Positions 55,742 to 64,000 of a stretch of 64,000 nucleotides of DNA are shown piece by piece. This DNA is from Candidatus Omnitrophota bacterium. Lineage in GTDB: Bacteria > Omnitrophota > Gorgyraeia > Duberdicusellales > 4484-171. Numbering within the stretch: the stretch's first letter is position 1; every line of letters begins with the position of its first letter. The stretch covers positions 26,523-90,522 of the forward strand of contig JAFGQU010000013.1 of assembly GCA_016935525.1 (NCBI GenBank), in the 5' to 3' direction. A program made the translations under genes and the position numbers. Under the pieces are notes generated by a model. It saw nothing but the letters and a program-made list of their open reading frames with translations, was not told where the DNA came from and did no database searches.

Positions 55742-56647
55742 ATGAATGCGATGATTTTTCCCGGACAGGGAGCTCAATATGCAGGGATGGGTAAGAGCCT
55801 TTATGATAGTTTTGAAAAAGCGCGGGGCGTATTTACCGCGATAGATGAAGTCCTTGGTTTTAAAATATCCGATATTTGTTTTGGCGGGTCTGAAGAAGAA
55901 TTGAAAAACACCCGGAATCAGCAGTTAGCTATTTTAACGGTCAGTCTTGCCGCATTTGAAGTGTTCAAGGATACCTCAGCTTTGGATATTACCTATTTTT
56001 CCGGGTTGAGTTTAGGAGAATACACCTGTCTTTATGCGGCCGGTGTCCTTGCCCTTTCTGAGGTCGCCCGGTTAGTCAACGTACGGGCCCAGGCTATGGA
56101 AGATGCGGCAAAGCTGAACCCTTCTACGATGCTTGCCGTAATCGGCTGGAATAGGGAACAACTGGTTGCCAAAGAGGGATTAGGGTTTTATGTCGCCAAC
56201 ATAAATGCTCTTACTCAGATCGCAGTCTCGGTAAGTGCCCAGAAGAAAGCGGAAGTAGCCGAGGCTTTGACTAAAGAGGGGGCAAAAGTAATAGAGTTAG
56301 CGGTAAGTGGGGGATTCCATTCTCCGTTTATGGCCCAGGCCAAAGCTCCGCTTGCCGAGATCATCGGATCACTTGATTTTCAGGACGCGAAGATCCCGAT
56401 TGTGAGCAATGTAACGGCCAAGGCGCATACCAATGCCGAGGAAATCAAACAGAACCTCGTTACCCAGATGGTATCTCCGGTCCTTTGGAACGGATGTGTA
56501 AATTTTATGGCTCAAACCGGGGTCGATACGTTTGTGGAAACCGGACCTTCCCGGGTATTGCGGGGATTAATGCGGAAAATCAACTCTCAGTTAAAAGTGA
56601 TAAATATTGAGAAGAAAGAAGATATTGAAAATCTCACTATTTCTTAA
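55742..56647 (+). CDS. fabD: malonyl CoA-ACP transacylase
   Basis: MIFPGQGAQY and GLSLGEY active-site Ser motif. ATG 55742 after the GAGGCAGAG RBS. Confidence 0.9.
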   Translation: MNAMIFPGQGAQYAGMGKSLYDSFEKARGVFTAIDEVLGFKISDICFGGSEEELKNTRNQQLAILTVSLAAFEVFKDTSALDITYFSGLSLGEYTCLYAAGVLALSEVARLVNVRAQAMEDAAKLNPSTMLAVIGWNREQLVAKEGLGFYVANINALTQIAVSVSAQKKAEVAEALTKEGAKVIELAVSGGFHSPFMAQAKAPLAEIIGSLDFQDAKIPIVSNVTAKAHTNAEEIKQNLVTQMVSPVLWNGCVNFMAQTGVDTFVETGPSRVLRGLMRKINSQLKVINIEKKEDIENLTIS

Positions 56648-56700
56648 TCTGTGATCATCAGTCCGGTCCGAAGGACCGTATCTGCGATTGTCTGCGTATA
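56646..56700. repeat. family-2 repeat units, locus E4
   Basis: AATCTGTGATCATCAG (identical to a unit at 26873-26888) and TATCTGCGATTGTCTGCGTAT, with internal hairpin GGTCCGAAGGACC. Confidence 0.5.
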
Positions 56701-56713
56701 AAAGGAGGAAATA

Positions 56714-57448
56714 ATGGATGTTCAGGGGAAAGTTGCGGTAATAACCGGAGCGGCTCAGGGAATAGGAAAAGAAATAGCCACCGTATTGGCCAGGAACAAA
56801 GCGAAGATCGCCCTTCTGGACGTGAATGAGGAAAGCCTTGCTCAGACCGAAAAGGAGCTTTCTCAATATTCAGAAGTAATACGTTTTTCCGTTGATGTGA
56901 CTCAATTAAGCCAAGTGCAGGATTGTATTAATAAAATTGTTGACAAGTTTTCAAGAGTTGATATATTAGTTAACAACGCGGGTATCACTCGCGACAATTT
57001 AATATTACGGCTCTCTGAAAACGATTGGGATAAGGTATTAGACGTTAATTTAAAAGGCGCATTTAATTGCGCGAAGGTCGCTGCGAAGTATATGTTGAAA
57101 CAGCGAGCCGGGAAAATCATTAATATCTCATCAATCATCGGTCTTATCGGCAATGCCGGGCAGGTGAATTATGCTGCTTCTAAGGCCGGGTTAATCGGGA
57201 TTACGAAATCCCTTGCCAAAGAGTTGGGGTCACGTAACATTTGTGTGAATAGTATTGCTCCGGGATATATTCGTACGGCAATGACTGACCAGTTAGACGA
57301 GAAAATCAAGGCACACATGATGGAAAAGATCCCGCTTGCCCGTTTTGGTGAAGCGAAAGATGTGGCGAATGCGGTGCTTTTCCTGGCATCGACTGCGGCC
57401 GATTACATCACCGGACAGGTGCTGGTAGTTGATGGCGGAATGGCTTAA
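56714..57448 (+). CDS. fabG: 3-oxoacyl-ACP reductase
   Basis: ITGAAQGIGKEIA, NNAGI, YAASKAG (SDR motifs). Confidence 0.9.
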   Translation: MDVQGKVAVITGAAQGIGKEIATVLARNKAKIALLDVNEESLAQTEKELSQYSEVIRFSVDVTQLSQVQDCINKIVDKFSRVDILVNNAGITRDNLILRLSENDWDKVLDVNLKGAFNCAKVAAKYMLKQRAGKIINISSIIGLIGNAGQVNYAASKAGLIGITKSLAKELGSRNICVNSIAPGYIRTAMTDQLDEKIKAHMMEKIPLARFGEAKDVANAVLFLASTAADYITGQVLVVDGGMA

Positions 57449-57544
57449 ACGGTGTATACAAAAATTGACATTTCTAAGGAATAGGACATTAAAATGGCAG
57501 ATCGAAACAAAAGATCTGCCAGGGGGTTGAAAGGAGGGCTAAAG

Positions 57545-57790
57545 ATGAGCAATGTTGACGGAAGAACAATGGAGATCATTGCTGAGCAGTTAGGTGTAAA
57601 AAAAGAAGAAATCAAAAATGAGAGCTCATTTGTAGATGATTTAGGAGCTGATTCTTTAGATACAGTAGAGATCGTAATGGCTTTGGAAGAGGAGTTTGGT
57701 ATCGAGATCCCTGATGAAGATGCCGAGAAGATGGCGACAGTCGGAGAAGCCATTAAGTATATTGAAGATAAAATAAGTAAAAAAGCATAA
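57545..57790 (+). CDS. acpP: acyl carrier protein
   Basis: [11 protein letters not shown] phosphopantetheine site. RBS AAAGGAGGG before ATG 57545. An 8-bp leader hairpin GGCAGATC/GATCTGCC lies just upstream. Confidence 0.9.
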   Translation: MSNVDGRTMEIIAEQLGVKKEEIKNESSFVDDLGADSLDTVEIVMALEEEFGIEIPDEDAEKMATVGEAIKYIEDKISKKA

Positions 57791-57808
57791 CCTAGTTCTT
57801 TAACACAG

Positions 57809-59050
57809 ATGGAGCCGCGACGCGTAGTTATTACAGGGTGTGGTGTTGTCTCTCCGGTCGGAATAGGCACGCCAGGTTTCTGGAAGAGCCTTATCGCAGG
57901 GAAAAGCGGGGTTTCCCGGATCACCCAGTTCGATCCTTCCCATTTCGATTCAAAGATCGCCGGTGAAGTAGGCGATTTCGATCCTTCCCAATATCTCAAT
58001 TATAAAGAATTAAGAAGAACTCCCCGGTTTGTACAGTTTGCTATCGCTGCCAGTGATCAGGCGGTAAAAGACAGCGCTCTTCGTTTGGAAGAGATGGATC
58101 CTTACCGTATCGGAGTGATCATCGGTTCGGGTATAGGAAGCCTGCGTAGCGTGGAAGAAGAACACGGGAACTATTTGGCGAAAGGGCCGCGGCGGATATC
58201 CCCTTTTCTCATACCGATGTTGATCACTAACGAAGCTGCCGGAACGGTAGCGATCCGGTATCATCTTAAAGGAGTAAATTTCTGTACGGTCACCGCGTGT
58301 GCTTCAGGCGCCCATGCGATCGGTGAGGCGTACCGGCTTATCAAATATGACCATTCGGACGTGATCGTCTGCGGAGGGACCGAAAGTTGTATTACTCATC
58401 TGGGAGTGGGAGGGTTTTGTTCTTTAAAAGCGTTATCGACCCGTAATGATGAACCCGAAAGAGCCAGCCGGCCGTTTGACCGTACTCGTGACGGGTTTAT
58501 CATGGCTGAAGGGGCCGGGATCGTGGTCCTTGAGGAACTGAATTCGGCCCGCAGACGGGGCGCGAAGATCTATGGAGAACTGGGTGGATACGGGTCGACC
58601 TGTGATGCCTATCACATTACTGCGCCCGATCCCGAAGGTAAATCCGCGGCCCGGGCGATAGAAGATGCTTTAAAAGAAAGTAACATATCGTTAGAGCAGC
58701 CGATCTACATCAATGCGCATGGGACGTCGACCCAGTTGAATGATAAAATGGAAACTCAGGCGATAAAGACCGCTTTTGGAAATAAGACCGATAAGATCAT
58801 GGTGAGTTCTACCAAATCGATGATGGGACATACTCTGGGAGCCGCTGGCGCCATTGAGTTTATCGTGAGTTGTCTTGTATTACAGAATAAGATAATCCCT
58901 CCTACTATTAATTATGAAGAACCTGATCCTGAATGCGATTTAGATTATACCCCCAACCACGCTCGCGAAGTAGATGCGCAGGTAGCATTATCTAATTCTT
59001 TGGGGTTTGGCGGTCATAATGCTGCGTTACTGGTAAAAACGTATACATAA
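57809..59050 (+). CDS. fabF: 3-oxoacyl-ACP synthase II
   Basis: KAS I/II architecture with active-site Cys (VTACASGAHA) and two His regions. 413 aa. Confidence 0.9.
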   Translation: MEPRRVVITGCGVVSPVGIGTPGFWKSLIAGKSGVSRITQFDPSHFDSKIAGEVGDFDPSQYLNYKELRRTPRFVQFAIAASDQAVKDSALRLEEMDPYRIGVIIGSGIGSLRSVEEEHGNYLAKGPRRISPFLIPMLITNEAAGTVAIRYHLKGVNFCTVTACASGAHAIGEAYRLIKYDHSDVIVCGGTESCITHLGVGGFCSLKALSTRNDEPERASRPFDRTRDGFIMAEGAGIVVLEELNSARRRGAKIYGELGGYGSTCDAYHITAPDPEGKSAARAIEDALKESNISLEQPIYINAHGTSTQLNDKMETQAIKTAFGNKTDKIMVSSTKSMMGHTLGAAGAIEFIVSCLVLQNKIIPPTINYEEPDPECDLDYTPNHAREVDAQVALSNSLGFGGHNAALLVKTYT

Positions 59051-59062
59051 TCATCGGACAAT

Positions 59063-60334
59063 ATGGGATTGACGTTAATTAAAAAAATTTTGCAGGCGCA
59101 TTCTTCTCAAAGCACATTGGAAGATTTTATCTATGCGGATGTCGATTTCTGTTTTGGGAACGATATTACCGCGCCTCTGGCCGTGAAAGCGTTTGGCGCG
59201 GCCGGATTTACCACTATTTTTGATAAAAATAAAATAGGTTTTATTTGCGACCATTTCTTGCCGGCCCGGGATCTTAAAGCGGCTAACAACGTGAAGCTTT
59301 TGCGTGATTTCGCAAAAGAGTATAGCATAACGAATTTTTATGATATTCAGCAATGCGGGGTCGAACACGTTTTTCTCGTCGAGCGAGGCCTCGTAAAACC
59401 GGGAAATCTGGTCATCGGCGCCGATTCGCATACTTGTACGTACGGAGCGATCGGGTGTGCCGCGTTTGGAGTAGGGTCGACGGATCTGGGATGTGTGATG
59501 AAAGAAGGTAAAGTCTGGTTAAGGGTCCCTGAGACTCTTCGTTTTATATATAAAGGTAAACCGGGGAAATGGCTTTGCGGGAAAGATCTGATCCTCGCGA
59601 CAATCGGAAAGATCGGGGTTGACGGGGCACTCTATAAAGTAATGGAGTTTTCCGGCCCGGTGATGAAGAAGATGGGGATAGAAGATAGATTGACGATGAC
59701 GAATATGGCAGTTGAAGCCGGCGCGAAAACCGGGATCGTCGAACCGGACGAGGCGACATTTGATTATCTGAAAAAAGTCCAAAAAGGATTTACATTCACG
59801 AAATCGCTGCGGGATTTAAAACGCGACGAAGATGCCGAGTATGCCGATAGTATAGAGATCGATGTGACCAACATGCAGCCTCAGGTCGCCTGTCCCCACC
59901 TGCCGAGTAATACCAAACCGGTAGGCAGTTTAAAAAAGATAAAATTAGACCAGGTGTTTATCGGGTCTTGTACCAACGGTAGATTCTCTGATTTAGAGGT
60001 TGCCGCCCGTATGTTACGGGGAAAAAAAGTGAAACGGGGCCTGAGGGTGATCGTGAGCCCGGCAACACCGGCTATTTTTAAACAGGCAGAAAAAAAAGGA
60101 TTTTTGAAAATATTTGTCGAAGCCGGCTGTATGGTCGCCCCGCCTACCTGCGGGCCTTGTTTAGGCGGGCATATGGGTATCCTTGATAAAGGTGAGACGG
60201 CGCTTGCGACCAGTAACCGTAACTTTATCGGCAGGATGGGAGATCCTGATTCATTTTTATATCTCTCTTCACCGGCAGTGGCGGCGGCCAGCGCGATTAA
60301 AGGGCGGATTACGCATCCGGATGAGATTGCGTAA
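59063..60334 (+). CDS. leuC: 3-isopropylmalate dehydratase large subunit (archaeal-type LeuC; could be homoaconitase-type)
   Basis: Aconitase-family large subunit, ~420-aa short type, with cluster-ligand cysteines (GSCTNGR, CGPCLG). Confidence 0.8.
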   Translation: MGLTLIKKILQAHSSQSTLEDFIYADVDFCFGNDITAPLAVKAFGAAGFTTIFDKNKIGFICDHFLPARDLKAANNVKLLRDFAKEYSITNFYDIQQCGVEHVFLVERGLVKPGNLVIGADSHTCTYGAIGCAAFGVGSTDLGCVMKEGKVWLRVPETLRFIYKGKPGKWLCGKDLILATIGKIGVDGALYKVMEFSGPVMKKMGIEDRLTMTNMAVEAGAKTGIVEPDEATFDYLKKVQKGFTFTKSLRDLKRDEDAEYADSIEIDVTNMQPQVACPHLPSNTKPVGSLKKIKLDQVFIGSCTNGRFSDLEVAARMLRGKKVKRGLRVIVSPATPAIFKQAEKKGFLKIFVEAGCMVAPPTCGPCLGGHMGILDKGETALATSNRNFIGRMGDPDSFLYLSSPAVAAASAIKGRITHPDEIA

Positions 60335-60403
60335 CGCGAAACGAGTAACGCGTACCGCGAAAAAGACACGAAGTACGAACGACTCACGACGAACGACGAG
60401 ATT

Positions 60404-60883
60404 ATGATCATAAAAGGGCATGTACATAAATTCGGTGACGATATAAATACCGACGATATTATCGCGGCAAAATATCTTGATTCTCAGGATCCGGAATATT
60501 TAGGGGCGCATTGTATGGAGAATATCGATGAAGGGTTCCCGCGAAAAGTCAAAGAAGGGGATATTATCGTCGGGGGTAAAAATTTCGGATGCGGTTCCAG
60601 CCGGGAACATGCTCCCTGGGCGATTAAAGGATGTAAGATCAGCATGGTTATCGCGAGCAGTTTTGCCCGTATTTTTTACCGTAATTGCATCAATATCGGA
60701 TTGCCGATTTTGGTCTCGCCGGATGTAAATAAGATCAAACAACATGATTTCTTAGAGGTTGACTTGATTGAAGGTAAAATACATAATATTACCCAGGGAA
60801 GCACGTACCTTTGCGAAAAATTTCCTAAATTCATGCAGGAGTTAATAAAAAACGGCGGGTTAGTGAACTGGATAAGGAGATAA
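60404..60883 (+). CDS. leuD: 3-isopropylmalate dehydratase small subunit (short type)
   Basis: [15 protein letters not shown] and [14 protein letters not shown] motifs. Confidence 0.8.
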   Translation: MIIKGHVHKFGDDINTDDIIAAKYLDSQDPEYLGAHCMENIDEGFPRKVKEGDIIVGGKNFGCGSSREHAPWAIKGCKISMVIASSFARIFYRNCINIGLPILVSPDVNKIKQHDFLEVDLIEGKIHNITQGSTYLCEKFPKFMQELIKNGGLVNWIRR

Positions 60884-60885
60884 GT

Positions 60886-61134
60886 ATGAATGACCGATGT
60901 GAGATGAAAGCGGTTTTCTTTACCGAAAAATTCAAGATCGAGGGGACAGTCTATATTGAAGCCGGTTTTCGAGTAAGTGACCTGTTAAACGCGCCTAAAA
61001 ACGGGTTTGTCCCGTTGACGAAAGTTTCAATATCGGATTGGCAGGATAACTTGATTTTGAAACAGGATTTTATCTGTCTGAATAAAAGTTTTATTCTCTT
61101 TGCCAGAGACGTGATGTGTCAGAAAGAAGGTTAA
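60886..61134 (+). CDS. hypothetical small protein (82 aa) between leuD and leuB
   Basis: Strong RBS AAGGAGA 5 nt upstream. Tightly packed: 2 nt after the leuD stop and 2 nt before the leuB start. No recognisable domain. Confidence 0.45.
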   Translation: MNDRCEMKAVFFTEKFKIEGTVYIEAGFRVSDLLNAPKNGFVPLTKVSISDWQDNLILKQDFICLNKSFILFARDVMCQKEG

Positions 61135-61136
61135 TC

Positions 61137-62204
61137 ATGAGTAAATATAGTATCGCGGTGGTTGGAGGAGACGGGACCGGGCCGGAGGTGGTAAAAGAAG
61201 GATTGAAAGTCCTTAAGGCTACCGCTTCCGTATGCGGGTTTACCTACGAAACTGTCGATTATGATATCGGAGGGGAAAGATATTTAAAAACGAACGAGAT
61301 CCTTCCCGATTCCGTGGTCGAAGGACTGAAAAGGTGCGATGCGATCTATTTGGGAGCAATTGGCGATCCGCGGGTTAAACCGGGCATCTTGGAAAAAGGG
61401 ATATTGTTGAAACTCAGGTTTACTCTCGATCAATATGTGAATCTTCGGCCGGTGGTTTTGTACGATAAACGGTTTTGTCCTCTGAAGGATAAAAAAGAAG
61501 AAGATATTGATTTTGTAGTGGTGAGGGAAAATACCGAAGGGCTCTATTGTGGAGCCGGGGGATTCCTTAAAAAAGGGACAAAAGATGAAGTCGCGATCCA
61601 GGAAAGTATTAATACCTATAAAGGAGCTGAACGGGTGATCCGGTTTGCTTTCGAATATGCCCGCAGAAGAAATAAAAGGAAAAAAGTCACTCTTTGCGGG
61701 AAGACCAACGTGCTGACCTATGCGTTTGATCTGTGGGAGCGGACGTTTTACGCGGTCGCGAAAGAATATCCCGATATCCAGGCCGATTACGCTCATGTCG
61801 ATGCGACCTGTATGTGGATGGTCAAAAGTCCGGAATGGTTTGATGTGATTGTGACCGATAATATGTTCGGAGATATCATCACGGACCTGGGTGCGATGAT
61901 CCAGGGGGGGATGGGGATCGCGGCCGGAGGGAATATCAATCCGCAGGGGGTCTCCATGTTCGAACCCATCGGCGGGAGCGCTCCTAAATATACCGGGAAG
62001 AACGTGATCAATCCCCTGGCGGCAATATGCGCTGTAGGGATGTTATTAGACCAGATCGGCGAACAGGACGCCGGCCAAAGAATAGAGACTGCGGTGAAAA
62101 AAGTGGTAAAAGAGAAACTAGAAAGTTTTTCTGCCGGGAAAATGGGCTATTCTACGTCGGAAGTAGGAGATCTGGTCGCGGAATATATTAAAAATGAAAA
62201 ATGA
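61137..62204 (+). CDS. leuB: 3-isopropylmalate dehydrogenase (isocitrate/isopropylmalate DH family)
   Basis: MSKYSIAVVGGDGTGPEV N-terminus and NMFGDIITDLGA signature. Confidence 0.8.
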   Translation: MSKYSIAVVGGDGTGPEVVKEGLKVLKATASVCGFTYETVDYDIGGERYLKTNEILPDSVVEGLKRCDAIYLGAIGDPRVKPGILEKGILLKLRFTLDQYVNLRPVVLYDKRFCPLKDKKEEDIDFVVVRENTEGLYCGAGGFLKKGTKDEVAIQESINTYKGAERVIRFAFEYARRRNKRKKVTLCGKTNVLTYAFDLWERTFYAVAKEYPDIQADYAHVDATCMWMVKSPEWFDVIVTDNMFGDIITDLGAMIQGGMGIAAGGNINPQGVSMFEPIGGSAPKYTGKNVINPLAAICAVGMLLDQIGEQDAGQRIETAVKKVVKEKLESFSAGKMGYSTSEVGDLVAEYIKNEK

Positions 62205-62268
62205 AAAACAAAAAAGGGTTATTCTTTTTTTCTATATTTTTTATCTTTAATTTTTAACATTTAATTTT
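62175..62268. repeat. AT-rich element (family 3), copy 2, spanning the leuB 3' end and the asd leader
   Basis: ATTAAAAATGAAAAATGAAAAACAAAAAAG...TTTTTTATCTTTAATTTTTAACATTTAATTTT. See copy 1. Confidence 0.45.
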
Positions 62269-63294
62269 ATGAAGAAGTATCATGTAGCGGTAGTCGGTGT
62301 GGGGGTCGTGGGGATTGAGATTTTGAAATGTCTTAAAAGCCGCAGTTTCCCCATAGCGAATTTACGGGTGTTTGCCCGTTCGGCGCGCGCGATAGAAGTC
62401 GAGGGGATCGAATATGAAGTCGAAGCAATAGGTGATGAACGGTTTGACGGGGTTGAGATCGCTTTGTTTGCCGGTACCGAAGGAGAAAAAGGAGCAAGTA
62501 AGCTCTATGCCCATAAATTTATCGAGAAAGGGGCAATCGTCGTTGATAACGGCGCCGATTTCCGGCTCGAACATGATGTCCCGTTGGTCGTGCCGGAAGC
62601 TAATCGTGACGCGGTCAAGAACCATAAAGGCCTTATTGCCAATCCTAATTGTACTACTATCCAGGCTATCGTCGCATTGTGCGGTATTCACCGTGAGTTC
62701 GGTTTAGAGAGAATATTGCTTACCAGTTTTCAGGCAACCAGCGGTGCCGGGAAAAAAGCCGCGATGAAATTATGGGAAGAAGCCCGTACTCTTGTGAACA
62801 TAAACAGAAATAAAGAGTTTGACGAGATTCATAAGGATGTCGATAGTGAATTTGATGTGTTCAGCCATCAGATCGCGTTTAACGTGATCCCCCAGATCGG
62901 CGGGTTTGCCGAAGACGGATATACTTCTGAAGAATGGAAAGTGGTGAACGAGACCCATAAGATCCTGAATGATGATTCTATCCGGATTTCTTCTACCTGC
63001 GTGAGAGTACCGGTATTTACTGCCCACAGTGAAGCGATCTATTTTGAAACTAAAAAAGACGCCGATCATGCTCAGATCGAGAAAGTCCTTAAAGATTCTG
63101 AAGGAGTGAAATACTTCGCGGATTCGTCGTTCCCTTTGCCTCTGGAAGTCGAGGGGACCGATCTCACATATGTTGCGCGTCTCAGACGCGATCCGTTCAA
63201 CAAGAATTGTTTTTGGATCTGGGTGGTCGCTGACAATCTGCGTAAAGGGGCCGCTTTGAATGCGGTCCAGATCGCGGAAGAACTTACCAAATAA
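62269..63294 (+). CDS. asd: aspartate-semialdehyde dehydrogenase
   Basis: VAVVGVGVVG N-terminus and active-site IANPNCTTI. Confidence 0.9.
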   Translation: MKKYHVAVVGVGVVGIEILKCLKSRSFPIANLRVFARSARAIEVEGIEYEVEAIGDERFDGVEIALFAGTEGEKGASKLYAHKFIEKGAIVVDNGADFRLEHDVPLVVPEANRDAVKNHKGLIANPNCTTIQAIVALCGIHREFGLERILLTSFQATSGAGKKAAMKLWEEARTLVNINRNKEFDEIHKDVDSEFDVFSHQIAFNVIPQIGGFAEDGYTSEEWKVVNETHKILNDDSIRISSTCVRVPVFTAHSEAIYFETKKDADHAQIEKVLKDSEGVKYFADSSFPLPLEVEGTDLTYVARLRRDPFNKNCFWIWVVADNLRKGAALNAVQIAEELTK

Positions 63295-63380
63295 GGTCAC
63301 ACGACACATAGACACACGTCACATGTTTTTGCTTTCTGGTTTTTACGTGTGACTCTGTGACCATGTGACTTTGTGACTAT
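63295..63380. repeat. family-1 repeat element, copy D (intergenic part)
   Basis: GGTCACACGACACATAGACACACGTCACATG, a T-rich spacer, then ACGTGTGACTCTGTGACCATGTGACTTTGTGACT, immediately before the truA ATG. Confidence 0.65.
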
Positions 63381-63384
63381 CTAC

Positions 63385-64000
63385 ATGAAGAACATACTAT
63401 TAAGATTGGAATATGACGGAAGTGATTATTTTGGATGGCAGATCCAGTCCGAAAAAAAGTCACACGGCACACGACATACGACACACGTGAAGAGCGAAAA
63501 AGCCAAAACAGTGCAGGGTGAGGTGGAAAAGGCGATAGAAAAGCTTTTTCGTCAAAAGGTAAAGTTGATCTATGCCGGCCGGACCGATCGCGGCGTACAT
63601 GCCAAAGATCAAGTCTTGAATTTTTTCGTCGATACCACCATCCCTATTGCCAATATAAAAGGCGCGCTGAATAGTTTTTTACCCGGAGATATCCGCGTGA
63701 AACGGGTAAAGAAAGTATCTGATGATTTCCATGCCCGGTTCAGCGTTTCAACGAAGATATACCGGTACCGTATCCTTAACGTAAAAGAACCTTCGGTGTT
63801 TGAACGTACTCGTTCCTGGTGGGTGCCCGATCCACTCGATCTTAAAGTTATGCAGTCGGTCGCCAAAAAGCTTATCGGATATAAAGACCGTAGCCTTTTT
63901 GCGAAACAGCCGGACCTTTATCATGACTGCCGCCGAAGGATCTTTGCCATACATATTAAGAAAAAAAGTCCGTTTGTTATTATCGATATTGAAGCTGACG
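63385..64000 (+). CDS. truA: tRNA pseudouridine(38-40) synthase TruA (3' end outside the window), with an in-frame repeat-derived insertion
   Basis: MKNILLRLEYDGSDYFGWQIQ...YAGRTDRGVHA (catalytic Asp)...FHARFS...YRYRI. No stop before position 64000. Codons 63459-63489 (SHGTRHTTHV) are a family-1 repeat arm. Confidence 0.85.
   Translation, partial: MKNILLRLEYDGSDYFGWQIQSEKKSHGTRHTTHVKSEKAKTVQGEVEKAIEKLFRQKVKLIYAGRTDRGVHAKDQVLNFFVDTTIPIANIKGALNSFLPGDIRVKRVKKVSDDFHARFSVSTKIYRYRILNVKEPSVFERTRSWWVPDPLDLKVMQSVAKKLIGYKDRSLFAKQPDLYHDCRRRIFAIHIKKKSPFVIIDIEAD
63459..63489. repeat. family-1 repeat arm embedded in-frame inside truA
   Basis: GTCACACGGCACACGACATACGACACACGTG, heptad CACACG-type units identical in style to the left arms of copies A-D. 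Flanked by the imperfect direct repeat CGAAAAAAAG / CGAAAAAGCC. Confidence 0.6.

Noticed and set aside
57467-57500. TTGACA hexamer upstream of acpP as a promoter
   Set aside because: The spacing to the nearest -10-like hexamer (TAAAAT) is 19 nt, which is too long.
1-64000. CRISPR arrays, rRNA, tRNA, transposase/integrase-type mobile elements, toxin-antitoxin or defence islands
   Set aside because: No direct-repeat/spacer periodicity, no rRNA-like conserved blocks, no tRNA-like sequences and no transposase-like ORFs were detected by inspection. The only recombinase is the chromosomal XerC/D-type gene in its conserved dprA-topA context.

Overview
This 64 kb window is a gene-dense, almost entirely plus-strand stretch of a diderm (LPS-producing) bacterium with about 47% GC. 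Many genes overlap by 4 nt (ATGA), and gene order is locally Firmicutes-like: dprA-topA-xerC, yceD-rpmF-plsX-fabHDG-acpP-fabF, tsaC/ywlE-rpiB-glyA. In order, the window contains: argS (3' end), recJ, rpmB, a PagL-like outer-membrane protein, a GNAT and an acyl-CoA dehydrogenase; aroK-dprA-topA-xerC; a large LPS inner-core cluster; a Ni/Co transporter followed by a four-subunit NAD(P)-type (group 3b-like) [NiFe] hydrogenase with a maturation module; a purine biosynthesis block (purB, purS-S-L fusion, purQ, purM, purD, purE); tsaC-rpiB-glyA, comEB, nrdR, cca, nudix, recG, rsmD, coaD; the yceD-rpmF-plsX-fab operon; leuCD-leuB, asd and the 5' part of truA. The LPS cluster is waaA, lpxK, an LpxL-ELM1 fusion, a GT4-GT9 fusion, a GT4, a polysaccharide deacetylase and three heptosyltransferase paralogues. 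The most unusual content is the hydrogenase maturation module: endopeptidase, a truncated HypA, a HypC-domain::HydE-type radical-SAM fusion, rex, and a HydG-type radical-SAM. Rex operators sit upstream of both the hydrogenase operon and rex itself. There are also three families of short intergenic repeat elements. One of them, built from GTCACA/TGTGAC octamer arrays, has an in-frame copy inside truA. A 4-helix structured leader precedes the RcnA-like Ni/Co transporter. No rRNA, tRNA, CRISPR array or classical transposase was recognised.
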